Shown: positions 40,591-52,780, counted from the whole stretch's first letter. The stretch is DNA of 63,243 bases, filler included, from Dugesia japonica (GCA_001938525.1; 6 parts of 6 records of this genome joined end to end with filler, not necessarily neighbours in it), one strand, 5' to 3'. Translations and numbers: made by a program. Notes: generated from the sequence alone by a model not told the origin.

Positions 40591-40899
40591 TCTCCTCTCT
40601 CCGGTACGTTCTTAACACTCGCGTAACTCTTTACTACGTTAATAGGTTCTCTTTTATGACACAAGTTAATGAGAAAATCCTATTTTACTTTTTTATTTTC
40701 TATTAAACCATAGAATTTGAAAGTAATCCGTAAAAAAAATTGACGGTGAGGGGTGTTTACTTTCAAAGGTGATTTTCATATTGAAAAAAACATTTTTTGA
40801 CAAAAGTACTCTATAATATACTTTCCCATTCATTTCCCAAAATGCTCCCGGAGCACCTACTATCCAAAAAAGCATTCAAGTTTAACAATCTTGCTCGTG

Positions 40900-42480
40900 T
40901 TCTTCGAAAAAGCCGTTTTTTCTTGCAAGTCTTTTTCTAGTTCTACTTGATAGTATGTATTTCGTTTGAGCTGAAATATACATTTCCATGAAATGCATCT
41001 AACATATCATCTACATTAGGAATAGGAAATTCTTGTATTTCTGTAATTGTGTTAAGCCTTCTAAAATCCTGACAAAGTCGTATATCTTTCTTCTCCTTTT
41101 CCATATGCAAATTAACGATGTATGTTGAATACATCGTTAATTTGCATATGAATTTGCAGGTGAATTATATTTGAGAATAATACCGTTTCCCACAAAGTTT
41201 CAAAACGTCTCTTCCATTTGATTTTCTAAATGCATCAGAATTTTACATAATTTTACCATTATTGGCTCAGCTTTTGTCACAATTCTATGTTTCACAATGT
41301 GAGTGCAACACACATCCCATTTGGACGCCATAAAAACATTTATCTGACGTCTACAAATTACCTGTAAACAATTTTCATCCCGCACCTCAATCTCATTTTT
41401 TACTTGTTCACATCGGTTACTGATACTTTCTTCAATATTTTCTACCAATTTCCCATTACCTATCTTTCTAGATACCTCATTTTCTCTACGTAACTGGAAT
41501 AAAAAAATACGTAGGAAATTTTTCACTGCAATGATATCTGGAAACACATTTTCCGCTACTAAAAATTCAGCTCCAGATATGCTCTTACCTAAGTGCACCT
41601 CCAATCGCACTTTCCATTAAATTACAAAACTACTACCATTAGCACAATGTAACTTCATCTCACTAGGTACTTTCCTTGCTTCTGGTTATCTTTCAAAATA
41701 NNNNNNNNNNNNNNNNNNNNNGAGTGTTCTGGTGTCTAAAAGGCATTCTAACTCTACTTCATCGATAGTTATCATCACTCTCGATCTACACTATAATCAA
41801 TCAAATCTAATCACTAATTCTTGTCCTCTTGACAACACACTCATAAATTCTACTTCACCTTCCAGCTGAAACTTCTCTTTCTATAAAAACCTATCAACCT
41901 TTTCGCAAACCTTCTCTCTATTTTCCCACGTCTCCATATAATAATTGACCCCTACCAAATCCTCTCTTGGTAGAGCCCTCTCATTTAGCTGCGATGATTT
42001 TAATCAATTTTCTTCTAACCTGTCCCCATGTTGTTCCCCTCATATATCGCTTCAACTGAATTAAAATATCCAAACCGAGCTTTTTTGTTCTTGTCTCTAC
42101 AGTTCTGAACTCTGTTTGATCACTTTATCAAACTTCTTGGCATCTTATCTCTTTAAAACTTGCTCTACCACAACGGAAGCATTTTTACTTTGAACATTTA
42201 TTTTTCATATGTCACAACGCACCGCAACCCAAATACCTAATCGTTGACTTTTTATACAATTCTCACTCAAATGTCACTTCTACTGACACGATCAACATTC
42301 TCTAGATTCTCCCAAAACATTCAACTGTTCCTTCTAATCTTCGAGGTTGCCCTGTCACAAGAGTACTTACTATTTATTATTTATAGTTTTTATTCTATAT
42401 CATGTAGTACCTTCCGGTCAATTTAATATCAATGTCAAATCGTGGTCCACTTGAACTGAATGCGTAACAAACGTTCTATT
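40900..42480 (-). mobile_element. Ty3/Gypsy fragment (gag, protease, RT N-terminus)
   Basis: CLLDTRT at about 41735; KHRIVTK.EPI; IRLCQDFRRLN...FPIPNVDDMLD. Confidence 0.75.
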
Positions 42481-43779
42481 TTGTGTCGCTACCAACTCTA
42501 TTTCGCATCAATTTTCATATTAATCTACGTGGATTTGATCAAAATCTTCTTAATCATCTAATGGATTTTTATTTGGCCTGCATAATGTGAAAATTTTCAT
42601 TTTTTAGCGAATTTTACATTGATGGTGGCAGTTCATATTAATTATTTATTCATATTAATTACTTGGTTTCATGAAATTATTTATTGAATTCATTGGTGAT
42701 AAATTTCCTACAGTAAATATGGCAAAAATAATAATTATATTACACAATGCTAATGTATATTGTTTTTATTTGAATTGAAGAACACGAATAAATTTAGTGG
42801 ATATTTTTTATATTGAAATAATCGAAAAACTAAATTATAAAATGTAATAAATTCACTATTATACATAAATTATTTCTTTCGTAACTATTGTTCAACTATT
42901 TCTATCATAAATCATTTATGTTTCGATTTTGACAGATTCAAATGTCATATTTTATATTAAGAAAACAAATTTATATGTTATAAATTAATATTTACATATG
43001 GTGAATAATAGAAATTCAATAAAACAATGACTAATGAAATAATATTGAAAATTCCTCAATGCTTTGTCACTACTATCGAGTTGAAATGAAATGTATAAAC
43101 AGACGAATTTTTAAATTATTCTGTCAAATCGGTTTTATGAATAAAATGATTATTAATATATGGATTCTTGATGAATCATTGTCGAAAGTGAAAGCGTTGT
43201 CTCTTAATAAATTATTTTATTTGCATTTGACTGGCATTTGGCTGCAACTAAAAAAAATTTGTCATGCAAATTATAAATATATTTTCCAATCCGATCTACC
43301 TGATTTCTAAATGTGATTTTCTCATAATAATCCCAACACAAATTTGTTTTTTTTTTTGGTAAGAAAATATGACATTAAAATAATTTTTCAAAAGGATATA
43401 TTTGACAGATTTGTATTAGATTAAAAAATGTAATTTAATTTTTAACAAATTTAATGAAAATTGCTACAATACTAGAAAATCTATAAGATGCTGCAGTACA
43501 TTTGCAAATTCTCTGTTTTCATCAAAGATTTGCATCAGAAATATAAATAAAAAAATAATAATAGCAATAATAATAAATTAGGTAAAGTTTTTGTGCTAAT
43601 TCGATTAAGAAAAACCGATCTTCTAAGTTTTTCTCCTGCATATATTTCTTCAGTGGTTTTTATATCAGTTAAGCTACTTTCACAATCTGACTTCATTTAA
43701 ATACAATTTATATTTCGAAATCAAAATTACAGCAATTTCTAAATAATATTAAAACAAAGTCTTAATGACTGTAACTCTC

Positions 43780-44056
43780 CCTTGCTTCAAAATGCTTTCC
43801 ACTTATCTAACCATTCTATTCTTCTGTACTTTGAACCATGAACCGATCTGGTATGAACTTCATTATCTGATATGGTCCTTCGTATTAGAAATCATTCTTT
43901 TTTCTTTTGTGTGGTTCTACACGAACTAACACCCACTCACTTTGAAATTATCCTTCCCCGCTTTTAATTTTCAAAATTTGCCATTTTATTAGCTGCTCCA
44001 TTTAAATTTTGTCTAACTGTTTGTAGATTAACTGTTTTGTTTTCAAAAATGGTTTC
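43780..44056 (-). mobile_element. Gypsy integrase C-terminal fragment with PPT
   Basis: Minus-strand VLVRVEP...GPYQIMK and the polypurine AAGGGAGAG. Confidence 0.5.
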
Positions 44057-44156
44057 NNNNNNNNNNNNNNNNNNNNNNNNNNNNNNNNNNNNNNNNNNNN
44101 TTAATTAATTAANNNNNNNNNNNNNNNNNNNNNNNNNNNNNNNNNNNNNNNNNNNN
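44057..44156. other. Artificial assembly spacer
   Basis: 44 N + TTAATTAATTAA + 44 N. Confidence 0.95.
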
Positions 44157-44310
44157 AAACTGTTCCAGTTAGTCCAACAACTGTTCCTATAAATATTTCT
44201 GTAAATCTAATCGAAGTATCTAATCTTCTTTATCTTTTATAAATCTTTTTATAATGTTTAATGTTTTCATCAATAAAATATAAATCAGATTCAAAATCTA
44301 CAATTCGTAA
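44157..44310 (-). pseudogene. Fragment of the 2-TM protein homologous to 9674-10291
   Basis: LRIVDFESDLYFIDENIKHYKKIYKR*RRLDTSIRFT versus SRIRDFENDLYFIKDKIRHYKKIHKRWNRIDSGIKYT. Confidence 0.8.
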
Positions 44311-46235
44311 TCATGGCCTCATTGTATTACTGAGAGATTGTACGTTGGAGATACGGATCGGTTTACTAGAGAGCTCCTCTTTCAGTGATTTTATCTGAGC
44401 TAGAAACGACTCCCGAGCTCTCTCAATTTGGCACTCGAGAGACTGGATCCGTGTATTTTTATGGCTAGTTGGAGACGAGACATTTCATTATCCGCTTCCA
44501 AATTACTTATCATATCACGAGTAACTTTGGCCTCTCGATATAATATCTGCCGGATTCGTCAATGTAAGGCCAGACATAACATGGTCTCCTCAGCATTCTT
44601 TTCTGTTGAGGCATCTACGTTATTCAAATTTAAATAATTGATACAAATTAAAATTCAAGAACATTAAAAGAAAATGTAAATCTTAAGAATTATTAAGTTG
44701 ATTTCTTCGGCCTGCGGCCTAATATGTCTTCGTCCCCGCTTCTGTAGTACGAACCAGAGAAGATTTCCACTAAAGTGGCCATCTCCCTTAGTTCCCACTA
44801 TTGCGGAGTTCTAGCAGGAACTTCCCTATCATGGTTTGAAACATTAAAATTAAAAGTTTATTATTCATTACTTCTTCACCGTTCAATTGATCATATTAAA
44901 AACACAGCTTTTAGAATTATATAACTATACTATTTCTTAGCATTTTAAGAAAAATTCATTTACATTGAAAGCTTAATTAAATAACGAAAAACAAAACAAA
45001 AAATCAATTATACAATTCAGTATGCAATTTATATTCATAAATCGAGCTCCCAGCCCCCGCACTTTCATCTCATTTCTTGTTCCTATTCTTTGAAACTATT
45101 TTCACTACCGCAAGTTAATTCATTCTCTTTTTCTCTTAACTCTATCCATTTCACCCGAATACTAATTTTATTAATAGAATTCTTTAATTTTCTAAAATTC
45201 GATTTTTTTCTTTTAGAAAAGATACATTATGGTGTTTTTGTACTATTTTCCGACTTCGATTTGATCTAATTTATTTAACGGATTTCTCATTCTAATTTGC
45301 ATATTATTTCAGGATATTATTCTCTCATTTAGCAAAAACACATTATGGTGGAGCACAGTTTGAGTGGCAATCGGGTACTCGGATCTTACGATATATTGTA
45401 TAAAAGTCAATAGAGTAATATTGCACAAATAAAACAAAAATTTACCTTTTCCAATTATCCGTTATTGTCCTTGGCTAATATAATTAACTTTTAAGATTAT
45501 TCTGATATAATTAACTTCGGAAAGGGTACAGCTATAATTAATTTTGATAATGGTACTCGATGAAAGAAATAATAAAAAATTAAATTGTAACTCTGATGAT
45601 TTTCTCGGTGCAAACGAGTTTTATTCCTCGTTTGCACCCCAACTTTCATCGATTCATTTGTTCGCCAATCATTACTTTGTTTTGGTGATTCTTTCCTTCT
45701 GATTGGACGATACTACTTAAAAATCGAGGTTGCACGTCGTTTCCTATCCGATTGACTTTTTGTCCCACACCAACTCGGAACTGACTTCCACGTCATCAGT
45801 CACCTCGTGTGACCAATGATAGTTACTGTGGAAAAGTCATTGTCTAGCAGGAAATGATTCATCTGTTTTATATATATAGGGTTATTTATAATAAATAAAA
45901 CGGGTCGCAGAGACCCTTCTAATATATTATTATATTATCGTAGATTATTTTTATTATTTATTTTCTCATTTACTCTTCATACATCTACTTTGTATTTCTG
46001 TATCTTAACTTTAGGGTCTCATACGCCCGATTTTCAATATTTGACATTTCCCAAAAGTTATAAATAATAGTTATAATGATAATAATTACATAGTAATAAT
46101 GATAATCCTGTATGTAATAATCAATTTTCTGGTCCAGACCATCAACTTTGTGTTTACTCTTCACTATTTTTGGAAACTTTTACCAATCTTTAAATACTTT
46201 ATTACTACAACAATTTTTTATGTCCTAGCCCAACA
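44311..46235 (-). repeat. Truncated long LTR-like insertion (family 2, TGTTGGGCTAG start) nested in Polinton B
   Basis: The minus strand begins TGTTGGGCTAGGACA at 46235 and carries CCAAT boxes. It separates the pX-like and 2-TM genes. No TSD found. Confidence 0.55.
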
Positions 46236-46797
46236 TATTTATCATGAGAATTTTCACAAGGTTTTAAATATAAACCATCACCATTTACTTTAACTTGTAT
46301 TCCATTTTTAAAGTTTTTAGTAATCTTTTTCAACTCTGAGTTAGGTAAACTATTTTTTAAATATTTATGTATTGCACTTCCTTGATAAGGTTTTAAATAA
46401 AGTCCAGATCCATTTCTAAACCTTCTTTTTCTAATTTTTCTATTTGAATTAATTTTTCTCTTTTCTGTAATTCAACTAATTCACTTTCTTTTTGCTTTTT
46501 AATTACATCTCTAGAATTGCTAACTGTACTTGCCATTGCAGTAGCTGTTCCAGAAACTGCAGCAGCAGCTTCAGCCGCAGTTTTTATTCTAGATATTATT
46601 CCTGGAATTAATCCTAATAAAGGAAATAATCCACATTCATGTTATTTACCACTAGCTTGTGCTCCAGAGGCTAATTTCTTTTTTATTTCTTCTTTAACTT
46701 TATTATTAATCCAATAGTTTTTACCATTAATTTTTACAGATTTACATTTATTTGCATTTACCAAATCAATTAATTCTTGTTCTTATACTGAGGACAT
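46236..46797 (-). pseudogene. pX-like virion core protein of element B
   Basis: KCKSVKINGKNYWI, GLFPLLGLIPGII, GSGLYLKPYQG.AIHKY and KNFKNGIQ..NGDGLYLKP align with 4063-4639. Confidence 0.8.
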
Positions 46798-46862
46798 TTT
46801 CTTTTAAAAAATAATAAAAATATTCTTATACAAATCCTAAAGGGTCCCATTCAAATCTTCTT

Positions 46863-47631
46863 TCACTTCTTCACCTCTTTCTCTTCTTCGAATAATTCTT
46901 CTATTAAAACTTCAGCTTCTCTATCTAAATAATAATAATTATACTTTGTTTTCCAACGTAAATTTACATTATAATTATATTCCATTTTGCTTGAAAAAAT
47001 GTTTCTAAATAAATCATAATAGACATTATCTTTGCATGTTTTGTTTAATTTGAAAAATATAAAACAGTAAGAATTTTTTCTAATTGAATTTTTATCCAAA
47101 TGAAAATATGTTTGAGAAATATAAATAACATTTTAATTTAAATGTCTTCTTCTAGTAAAATAACTTTTTTGAATTTCTTGATCCATAAAATTTACAACAT
47201 CATCAAAAGTTATTAAATTCTTTTTTACCTTGGATAATTTATCACAAGGAATAATTTCATTTGCTTTATTTCATAAAACTACGTTTATCGTTCTTGGTTT
47301 GTTTATTAAATACTTTTTTTATAAACCATTCAATAGCTTGCAAAGGAATAACTAACGAATCAGGAACTATATTTTGATGTTCAAAAATAAAAATAATATC
47401 TTGTTTTGATAAACCATTTTCAAAACGATGATAAAGTAATTGTAATTCAAATTTATTTATAGTTGTAGAATAAATTATCAAAGTATCATAATCTAAAAAC
47501 TCTGGAGTTAATAACATTTTCATTACAAAACATTTTTACCTGATCCTGAAGAAACAATTATTAATAATTTAAAATTAGATTGAAAGATTTTATTATTAAA
47601 TGTTTTTATTTTTATTCCAAATTAAAGCCAT
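46863..47631 (-). pseudogene. A32/FtsK-type DNA packaging ATPase, frameshifted
   Basis: Degenerate Walker A LLIIVSSGSGK, Walker B LITFDD, then FTRRRH, ISQTYF and IRKN. Confidence 0.9.
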
Positions 47632-47715
47632 TTTTATTAAAAAAAATTAAGATTTGTTTTTATGATCAAAAGTTATTTTTTTATCAAAGAATTCTTTTAT
47701 TTCACTTTGATCTAT

Positions 47716-48117
47716 TTAACCATTCATACGTTTATCATTTATTTTATTTACTTTTAAATTTAATATACATATATATGGATCCATATTATTAAAATTAAAA
47801 TTTTTTAAATAGTTGATTAATATTGCAACTTCTTCATCTATTTTCTTCAGACCATGTTCATATTTTTTATCATCAGGTTTATTTATAATTATCCACTTCC
47901 AAAAGTAATCTGGTGGATTTTTTAAATTTACAGCTGCAAGTGATTTCTTCAAATATTTATTTTCTTTTGATTCTTTTTTAAATTCTTNTTTAAATTCTTC
48001 TTTTAATTCTTCTTTAAGAAGTTCTTTTAATTCTTGTTTAATTTCTTCCTTTAAAGTATTTTTTGATTCTTCATTTAGAACACCTTTTAAAATAAAATCG
48101 AAAGAAATTTCACTCAT
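47716..48117 (-). CDS. Hypothetical coiled-coil (KEEL/KEEF repeat) protein of element B
   Basis: 133-codon ORF tightly packed between the integrase and the ATPase. Confidence 0.55.
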   Translation of the reverse strand: MSEISFDFILKGVLNEESKNTLKEEIKQELKELLKEELKEEFKXEFKKESKENKYLKKSLAAVNLKNPPDYFWKWIIINKPDDKKYEHGLKKIDEEVAILINYLKNFNFNNMDPYICILNLKVNKINDKRMNG

Positions 48118-48126
48118 TTTAATTTA

Positions 48127-48960
48127 TTAAATTAAAATTTTTAAAACAGTTTTCTGAAGTTCATTACTTTAAAATCTACCTAAAATATTTTCATTTTCTA
48201 AATCAGTAATTCAATAAGTAAAAGGTTTAGTATTATATACTTTTGTTACTACATATATTTCATTCGTCCATTTAGCTGTAAATCCTTTTTCGAATTTGTA
48301 TTTATATTTAAAGATTCTAACTCTATTTCCAATTTAAAACTTTTGTTTAAAAATAAAGTTATCATTTTCATGATTATGATCTTCAATTATTTGTTTTATA
48401 GTTTCAGGATTTTCTGATGCTTCTTTTAGTGTTGTTTTTATACTAGAGTGAATTGTATTATTATAATCATTTACAATTTTATCTAACAAGTTTTTATTCC
48501 ATTTTCGATTCCCAACTTGAGTAAAATATTTCCACATTTTATTTTTTAAAGTTCTAATAAATCTTTCAGAAAAAACTGATTTACCCTAATTTTCTGTATG
48601 GTATAAATTAATATCATTTTCTTTAAGAAATTTATCAAAGTACTTTGATCTAATTGCTGATTCTTTTATCAAACCAAATATAATTTGAAATTTTTTTCAT
48701 AAGCTTCTCGTAAAGATTCTTGACTTTTATTTTTCATTGGAACACAAAAACCAAATCTAGAATATAAATCAATACAAACTAAAATATATCTAAAACCATG
48801 GGACCCATTGGGATCAACAGATTTTTTAACCATATCAATAATATCACAACCCCAAGTATTATCTTTTTCTTTTATCATTACTTTTAGGAGATGTTTTGGT
48901 TTTCTATAATCTTTATGAAGTTCATTTGATAATATTGAACTATTGAAAGGAGTTCCTTGT
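48127..48960 (-). pseudogene. Retroviral-like (RVE, c-integrase) DDE integrase of the Polinton
   Basis: NELHK, WGCDIIDM, YILVCIDLYSRFGFCVPMKNK, WFDKE, ERFIRTLK, YNNTIHSSIK, FEKGFTAKWTNEIY. No chromodomain seen. Confidence 0.92.
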
Positions 48961-49049
48961 TTCTCTTTATTTTCTTTATTTTTATTATTTTTTCAATTTA
49001 AATCCTTACTATTTTTATTAGAGTGAAAAGTCTTCGCTTCGCTCAGACT

Positions 49050-49507
49050 TACATCAGCACCTAAAATAATTTTACTTTTCATTGCTAATTTTACTAAACT
49101 TCTTTGTATTTTTTCAGAAGTAGTTGGATTAAATTATGAATTAAATTTACATCAGATAAATGTCTATCTCTAATATTTTCAGATTTATAAGATAAATCAT
49201 GTTTTAAAGCCACTTCATCAACTCTATTAATTGGTTCTTCTCCAGAATCTAATCTTAAATCTAATCTTGTTCCTGGTCCAGTATAATTCTGTTCAAACAA
49301 ATGTCTTTCACCTGGATACTTTTCCCCAGTAAATGGTTTTAAAATTGCTGAAGTTAATTTAGAAGATTAAAGATCGCCTTCAGCTTGAGCTTCGCGATCA
49401 CCACTGATGTTTTCACATATTTTTAAATGTCTAGCTTTATTTTTTCTTAGTAATATTTTGTTACAATTTTCACCAATACATTTATTATTCTGAAAGACTA
49501 TATCCAT
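49050..49507 (-). pseudogene. C2HC zinc finger plus parvovirus VP1u-type phospholipase A2 domain, probably the N-terminal part of the integrase ORF
   Basis: CIGENC-x11-HLKIC, then in the same frame across TAA 49367: PGERHL..NYTGPGT...PINRVDEVALKHDLSY...RHLSD. Confidence 0.85.
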
Positions 49508-49569
49508 TTTATATATTTTAGAATTAGAGAATTTTAGGACTACTGGAGTAGTCACAAATATTAACCCAA

Positions 49570-50869
49570 ATTTTCACCTCGTTTATTTTCAATCATAACA
49601 ATTTTAGAATTGGATAATTTCATTTCAATATGTTTTTCTTCTAATATACACCAACTCTTTTAAATCAGTATCTTTAGTTATGTGTAAAGTTATATCTACA
49701 TTATTAATATTTAAATGATCATCTTGGGAACTAACATCAAAACAAAAGATTAGGTACAAATCACCAAACTCTTGTAGTGATAACTGAGGTTCTGTTAAAA
49801 AGTCTTTACAACAATTTAAATAATTTAAATAAGGAAAAATTATTTCATTATTATCTATATTAAATTTACATTCATTAATAGGGTAATGTTTATTGTTTAA
49901 TTGTACTTGAATACTTTTAAGAGAATATTTTGTTGTAACTTTTTTTCATTTTTCAATAGTTTAACTATTTTGTTGTATAAATAAATTATTATTCTTTTGA
50001 TAACAAATTTCTGAATCTTTTACACCAATAAATATATATCTTGGTTTATAGGTTAAATTACTTAGTTTAAGTGAATAATATTTTCAGAATCTAATGTAGT
50101 TTTTGAAACAATTCTGTTTAAAAATGAAACTTGAATAGATTTATTTGTATTAATTCTTTCTAAAAGAATAACTTCTATTTTTAGAACTAATTTACATTCT
50201 GGTATATGTAGTTCAAGAGTTATTAATTTTTAAGTGGCAGTTGTGCCTGTATCTCCATAAAATATTAATTTATCATTTATTTGACGATTACAAGTAAACT
50301 CAATTATTGTATTATTTAATAATCTATTATAACATTGTAAAATCCAAATAAATTTTTAATGGAAAATAACCTTCAAATTTCTTTTTTGAGTTATAAAGTT
50401 TCTTTCTTTTATAAAAACCAAGATTTGCATCAATACCTTCTACATCTAAATCTTCTTTATTTGTATCTGGTAATCAACCTGATAATTCACCATAAATATT
50501 CTTATAAGTTGAACTAGTTGTTATAAAATTTAACATTGTTGATGCAATTCCAGGGTCATTAATTATTTCTATACCAGAAGATCCTAAAGTTAATCTAATT
50601 GTTTAAAATAAACTTGGAAACTAATTATTTTCCAAAGTTATTTTATCTTAATGTTTATCACCTTCACCAAATTCTAAATTAACTTTATAATACATCATTG
50701 AATTAGAAATTTCTAATGGGTTGGATGATTGTAAAGATTGAAAAGTTATATCTCCAGAAGAAATTAAATTAGTTATTGTTCCGGCTGAGGGTGAAATTCT
50801 TAAAACATCAGTTTTCAAAAAAATATGTTGAAAATTGATATTATTATCAAGATCAAGTTTTGTAACCAT
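49570..50869 (-). pseudogene. Double jelly-roll major capsid protein with many stops and frameshifts
   Basis: ITLENN.FPSLF..IRLTLG..IE.INDPGIASTM, SG.LPDT, LELHIP, KPRYIFIG, IQVQLNNKHYP, IFCFDVSSQ. About 430 codons; 3' end approximate. Confidence 0.85.
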
Positions 50870-50937
50870 TTTCTTTAGTAATAAAATAAAAATTAATTTT
50901 TTAAAATCAAAAATTCAATAAATTAAAATCTAATTAC

Positions 50938-51131
50938 GAATAGTAGAGAAAATGCGGTTTTAGCCGAGAAATTTATTTCCGAAATGTGCGACGGCGTCCG
51001 CATTAATATTTTTAACAACAAACCCTTTTTATTTTTTTATTCTTATCGCTTGCGCTCATGTACTATCGTTTATGCCCTTTGCCTAGTTTGGAGCTACACC
51101 CTCGGCTAAAACCGCATTTTCTCTATTACTC
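50938..51131. repeat. 31-bp inverted repeat (29/31 match) with AGTAGT-type Polinton terminal signature
   Basis: 50938-50968 GAATAGTAGAGAAAATGCGGTTTTAGCCGAG versus the reverse complement of 51101-51131, GAGTAATAGAGAAAATGCGGTTTTAGCCGAG. Confidence 0.9.
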
Positions 51132-51157
51132 ACCGATGCGATCACATAGAGATTGTT

Positions 51158-52140
51158 AGTAGTAAGATAGTAGCGGACTGGCTCACCTGTGTGAGTAACG
51201 TAATCGGATTATTACGTAAATGAGCCAGTATTTTTTATGTATTTAGGCGGCGAACCAAATTTATATGCGATTACATAAGTTTTGCTTGTATTTTTTGAAA
51301 GGTTTGCCGAATTATTTTCAAATTTTAAGCATTTAGGTAGTAGAATTTTTCTGTGCATTTAGTTGGGAAAATCTTTATAGGCTTTATAAACGCTAGAATT
51401 TTTACTGTGTATTTAGTTGGGAAATTTTTTTTCCAATGATTTTGTTGACAAATATTTTTTAGGCTTTTTAAGCGGCGGAATTTTTTCATATGTATTTAGT
51501 TAACAATTTATTCGGTGAGGTTGAATATAGTCGATTTTTGGTTGGTTCAGGTGAATTTTTGGTTGATAATTTCCTCGGGATTGGTCAGTTTGGGTAATTT
51601 AGTGGAATGTGGTCAATTTTTTACTAGTTTTGGTGAAATTGATCTTATTTTTTCTCGGTTTCGGTTAGTTTTGGTAATTTTTGGAAGATTTAGTCAATTA
51701 TTTACTTGGTTTAAGCAATAGTGGTCAAATCTTTCCTCGGGATTAGTTTTATGGGTAATTTTTGGAAGATTTGGTCAAATTTTTCATTGGTCTGGTTGAA
51801 TTTTTGTAATTTTTGAGAGATTTTGTTGATAATGTCTTCGAGATTGGTCAATTTGGGTTGAATTTTTACAGAAATCGTGTAAAATGTTAAATTTGTTTAA
51901 ATTTTCGAGTTTTTCAAAATTATTTTAAACTTTTGTGATAAATTGGTGAAATTAGGTCATTTTTGTTTAAATTTTCAGATTTTTTAAAGTTTTAAATCAA
52001 ATTTTTATGGGAATCCGGTAGAATATCTGAAATTTCAAAAATTTTAGAAAAAATCTTTTGTCGAGATTTTTACATCAATCGATGCATAATTCGATGAAGA
52101 TAATTTTTCTCAAATAAAAATTTTCGAAAAAATTATTTCT
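51158..52140 (+). repeat. Candidate Polinton TIR of a further element: AGTAGTAAGA start, hairpin and T/G-skewed imperfect repeats
   Basis: Hairpin 51177-51229; GAATTTTT..TGTG(C/T)ATTTAGTT x3; T(T/C)CGGGATT(G)GT-type repeats x3. Confidence 0.45.
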
Positions 52141-52219
52141 CACCTTCACAAATAATAACCATGTCTATAAATATATCTATTAGATACAAAATTTTCCGCA
52201 GATTCCAAATATATAAGCC

Positions 52220-52396
52220 TGTTGGGCTAGAACACAAAAACGGGTGAAATAATAAAAGATGTAAAGAATTTGAAAGGTTTACGAAACTAGAGAAGAGTAG
52301 ACACAAAATTGATGAACTGAATCAGAAAATATTATCAAGAAATCATTATTCTTATTATTATAGTCATTATTATTATTATTATGGTCATTATTATTA
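52220..52396 (+). repeat. 5' start of LTR family 2, cut by the gap
   Basis: TGTTGGGCTAGAACA, matching 46235(-) and 27531(-). Confidence 0.5.
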
Positions 52397-52496
52397 NNNN
52401 NNNNNNNNNNNNNNNNNNNNNNNNNNNNNNNNNNNNNNNNTTAATTAATTAANNNNNNNNNNNNNNNNNNNNNNNNNNNNNNNNNNNNNNNNNNNN
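52397..52496. other. Artificial assembly spacer
   Basis: 44 N + TTAATTAATTAA + 44 N. Confidence 0.95.
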
Positions 52497-52780
52497 ACGA
52501 ATGGTGCAAAAAAAATTTTTAAAAAAAAATTTTAAAAAAAAAATTTTAAAAAAAGATAAAAAAACAAAATAAAAAAAAATTTTAAAAAAAATTTAAAAAA
52601 AAGATTAAAAAAAAACAGAAAAAAAAGATAAAAAAATAAAAAAAAAGATTAAAAAAAAGATTAAAAAAAAGATTTAAAAAAAAGATAAAAAAAAAGATTA
52701 AAAAAAAATTTATAAAAATCTATTTTTAGTGACAGGGGGGTAGAAAAAGGGGAGGTTCAGTGCGGACATGTCTCACTACT
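52497..52780 (-). repeat. Candidate Polinton TIR end (5'-AGTAGTGAGA) with A-rich AAAAAAAGATT repeats
   Basis: The plus strand ends TCTCACTACT at 52780, after a GC-rich block and an A-tract array. Confidence 0.4.

Larger units (their letters stand above)
44157..51130 (-). mobile_element. Polinton/Maverick element B, partial and heavily decayed
   Basis: Co-oriented MCP, PLA2, RVE integrase, ATPase, pX-like and 2-TM genes, with a candidate terminus 5'-AGTAATAGAG at 51130. Confidence 0.92.

Noticed and set aside
11567-51130. Elements A and B as two arms of one roughly 51-kb Polinton
   Set aside because: They lie on different contigs and each has its own diverged ATPase, pX-like and 2-TM genes.
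11800-52452. Recurrent palindrome TTAATTAATTAA about every 10 kb
   Set aside because: It is always centred in 44+44 N, so it is an assembly linker and not biology.
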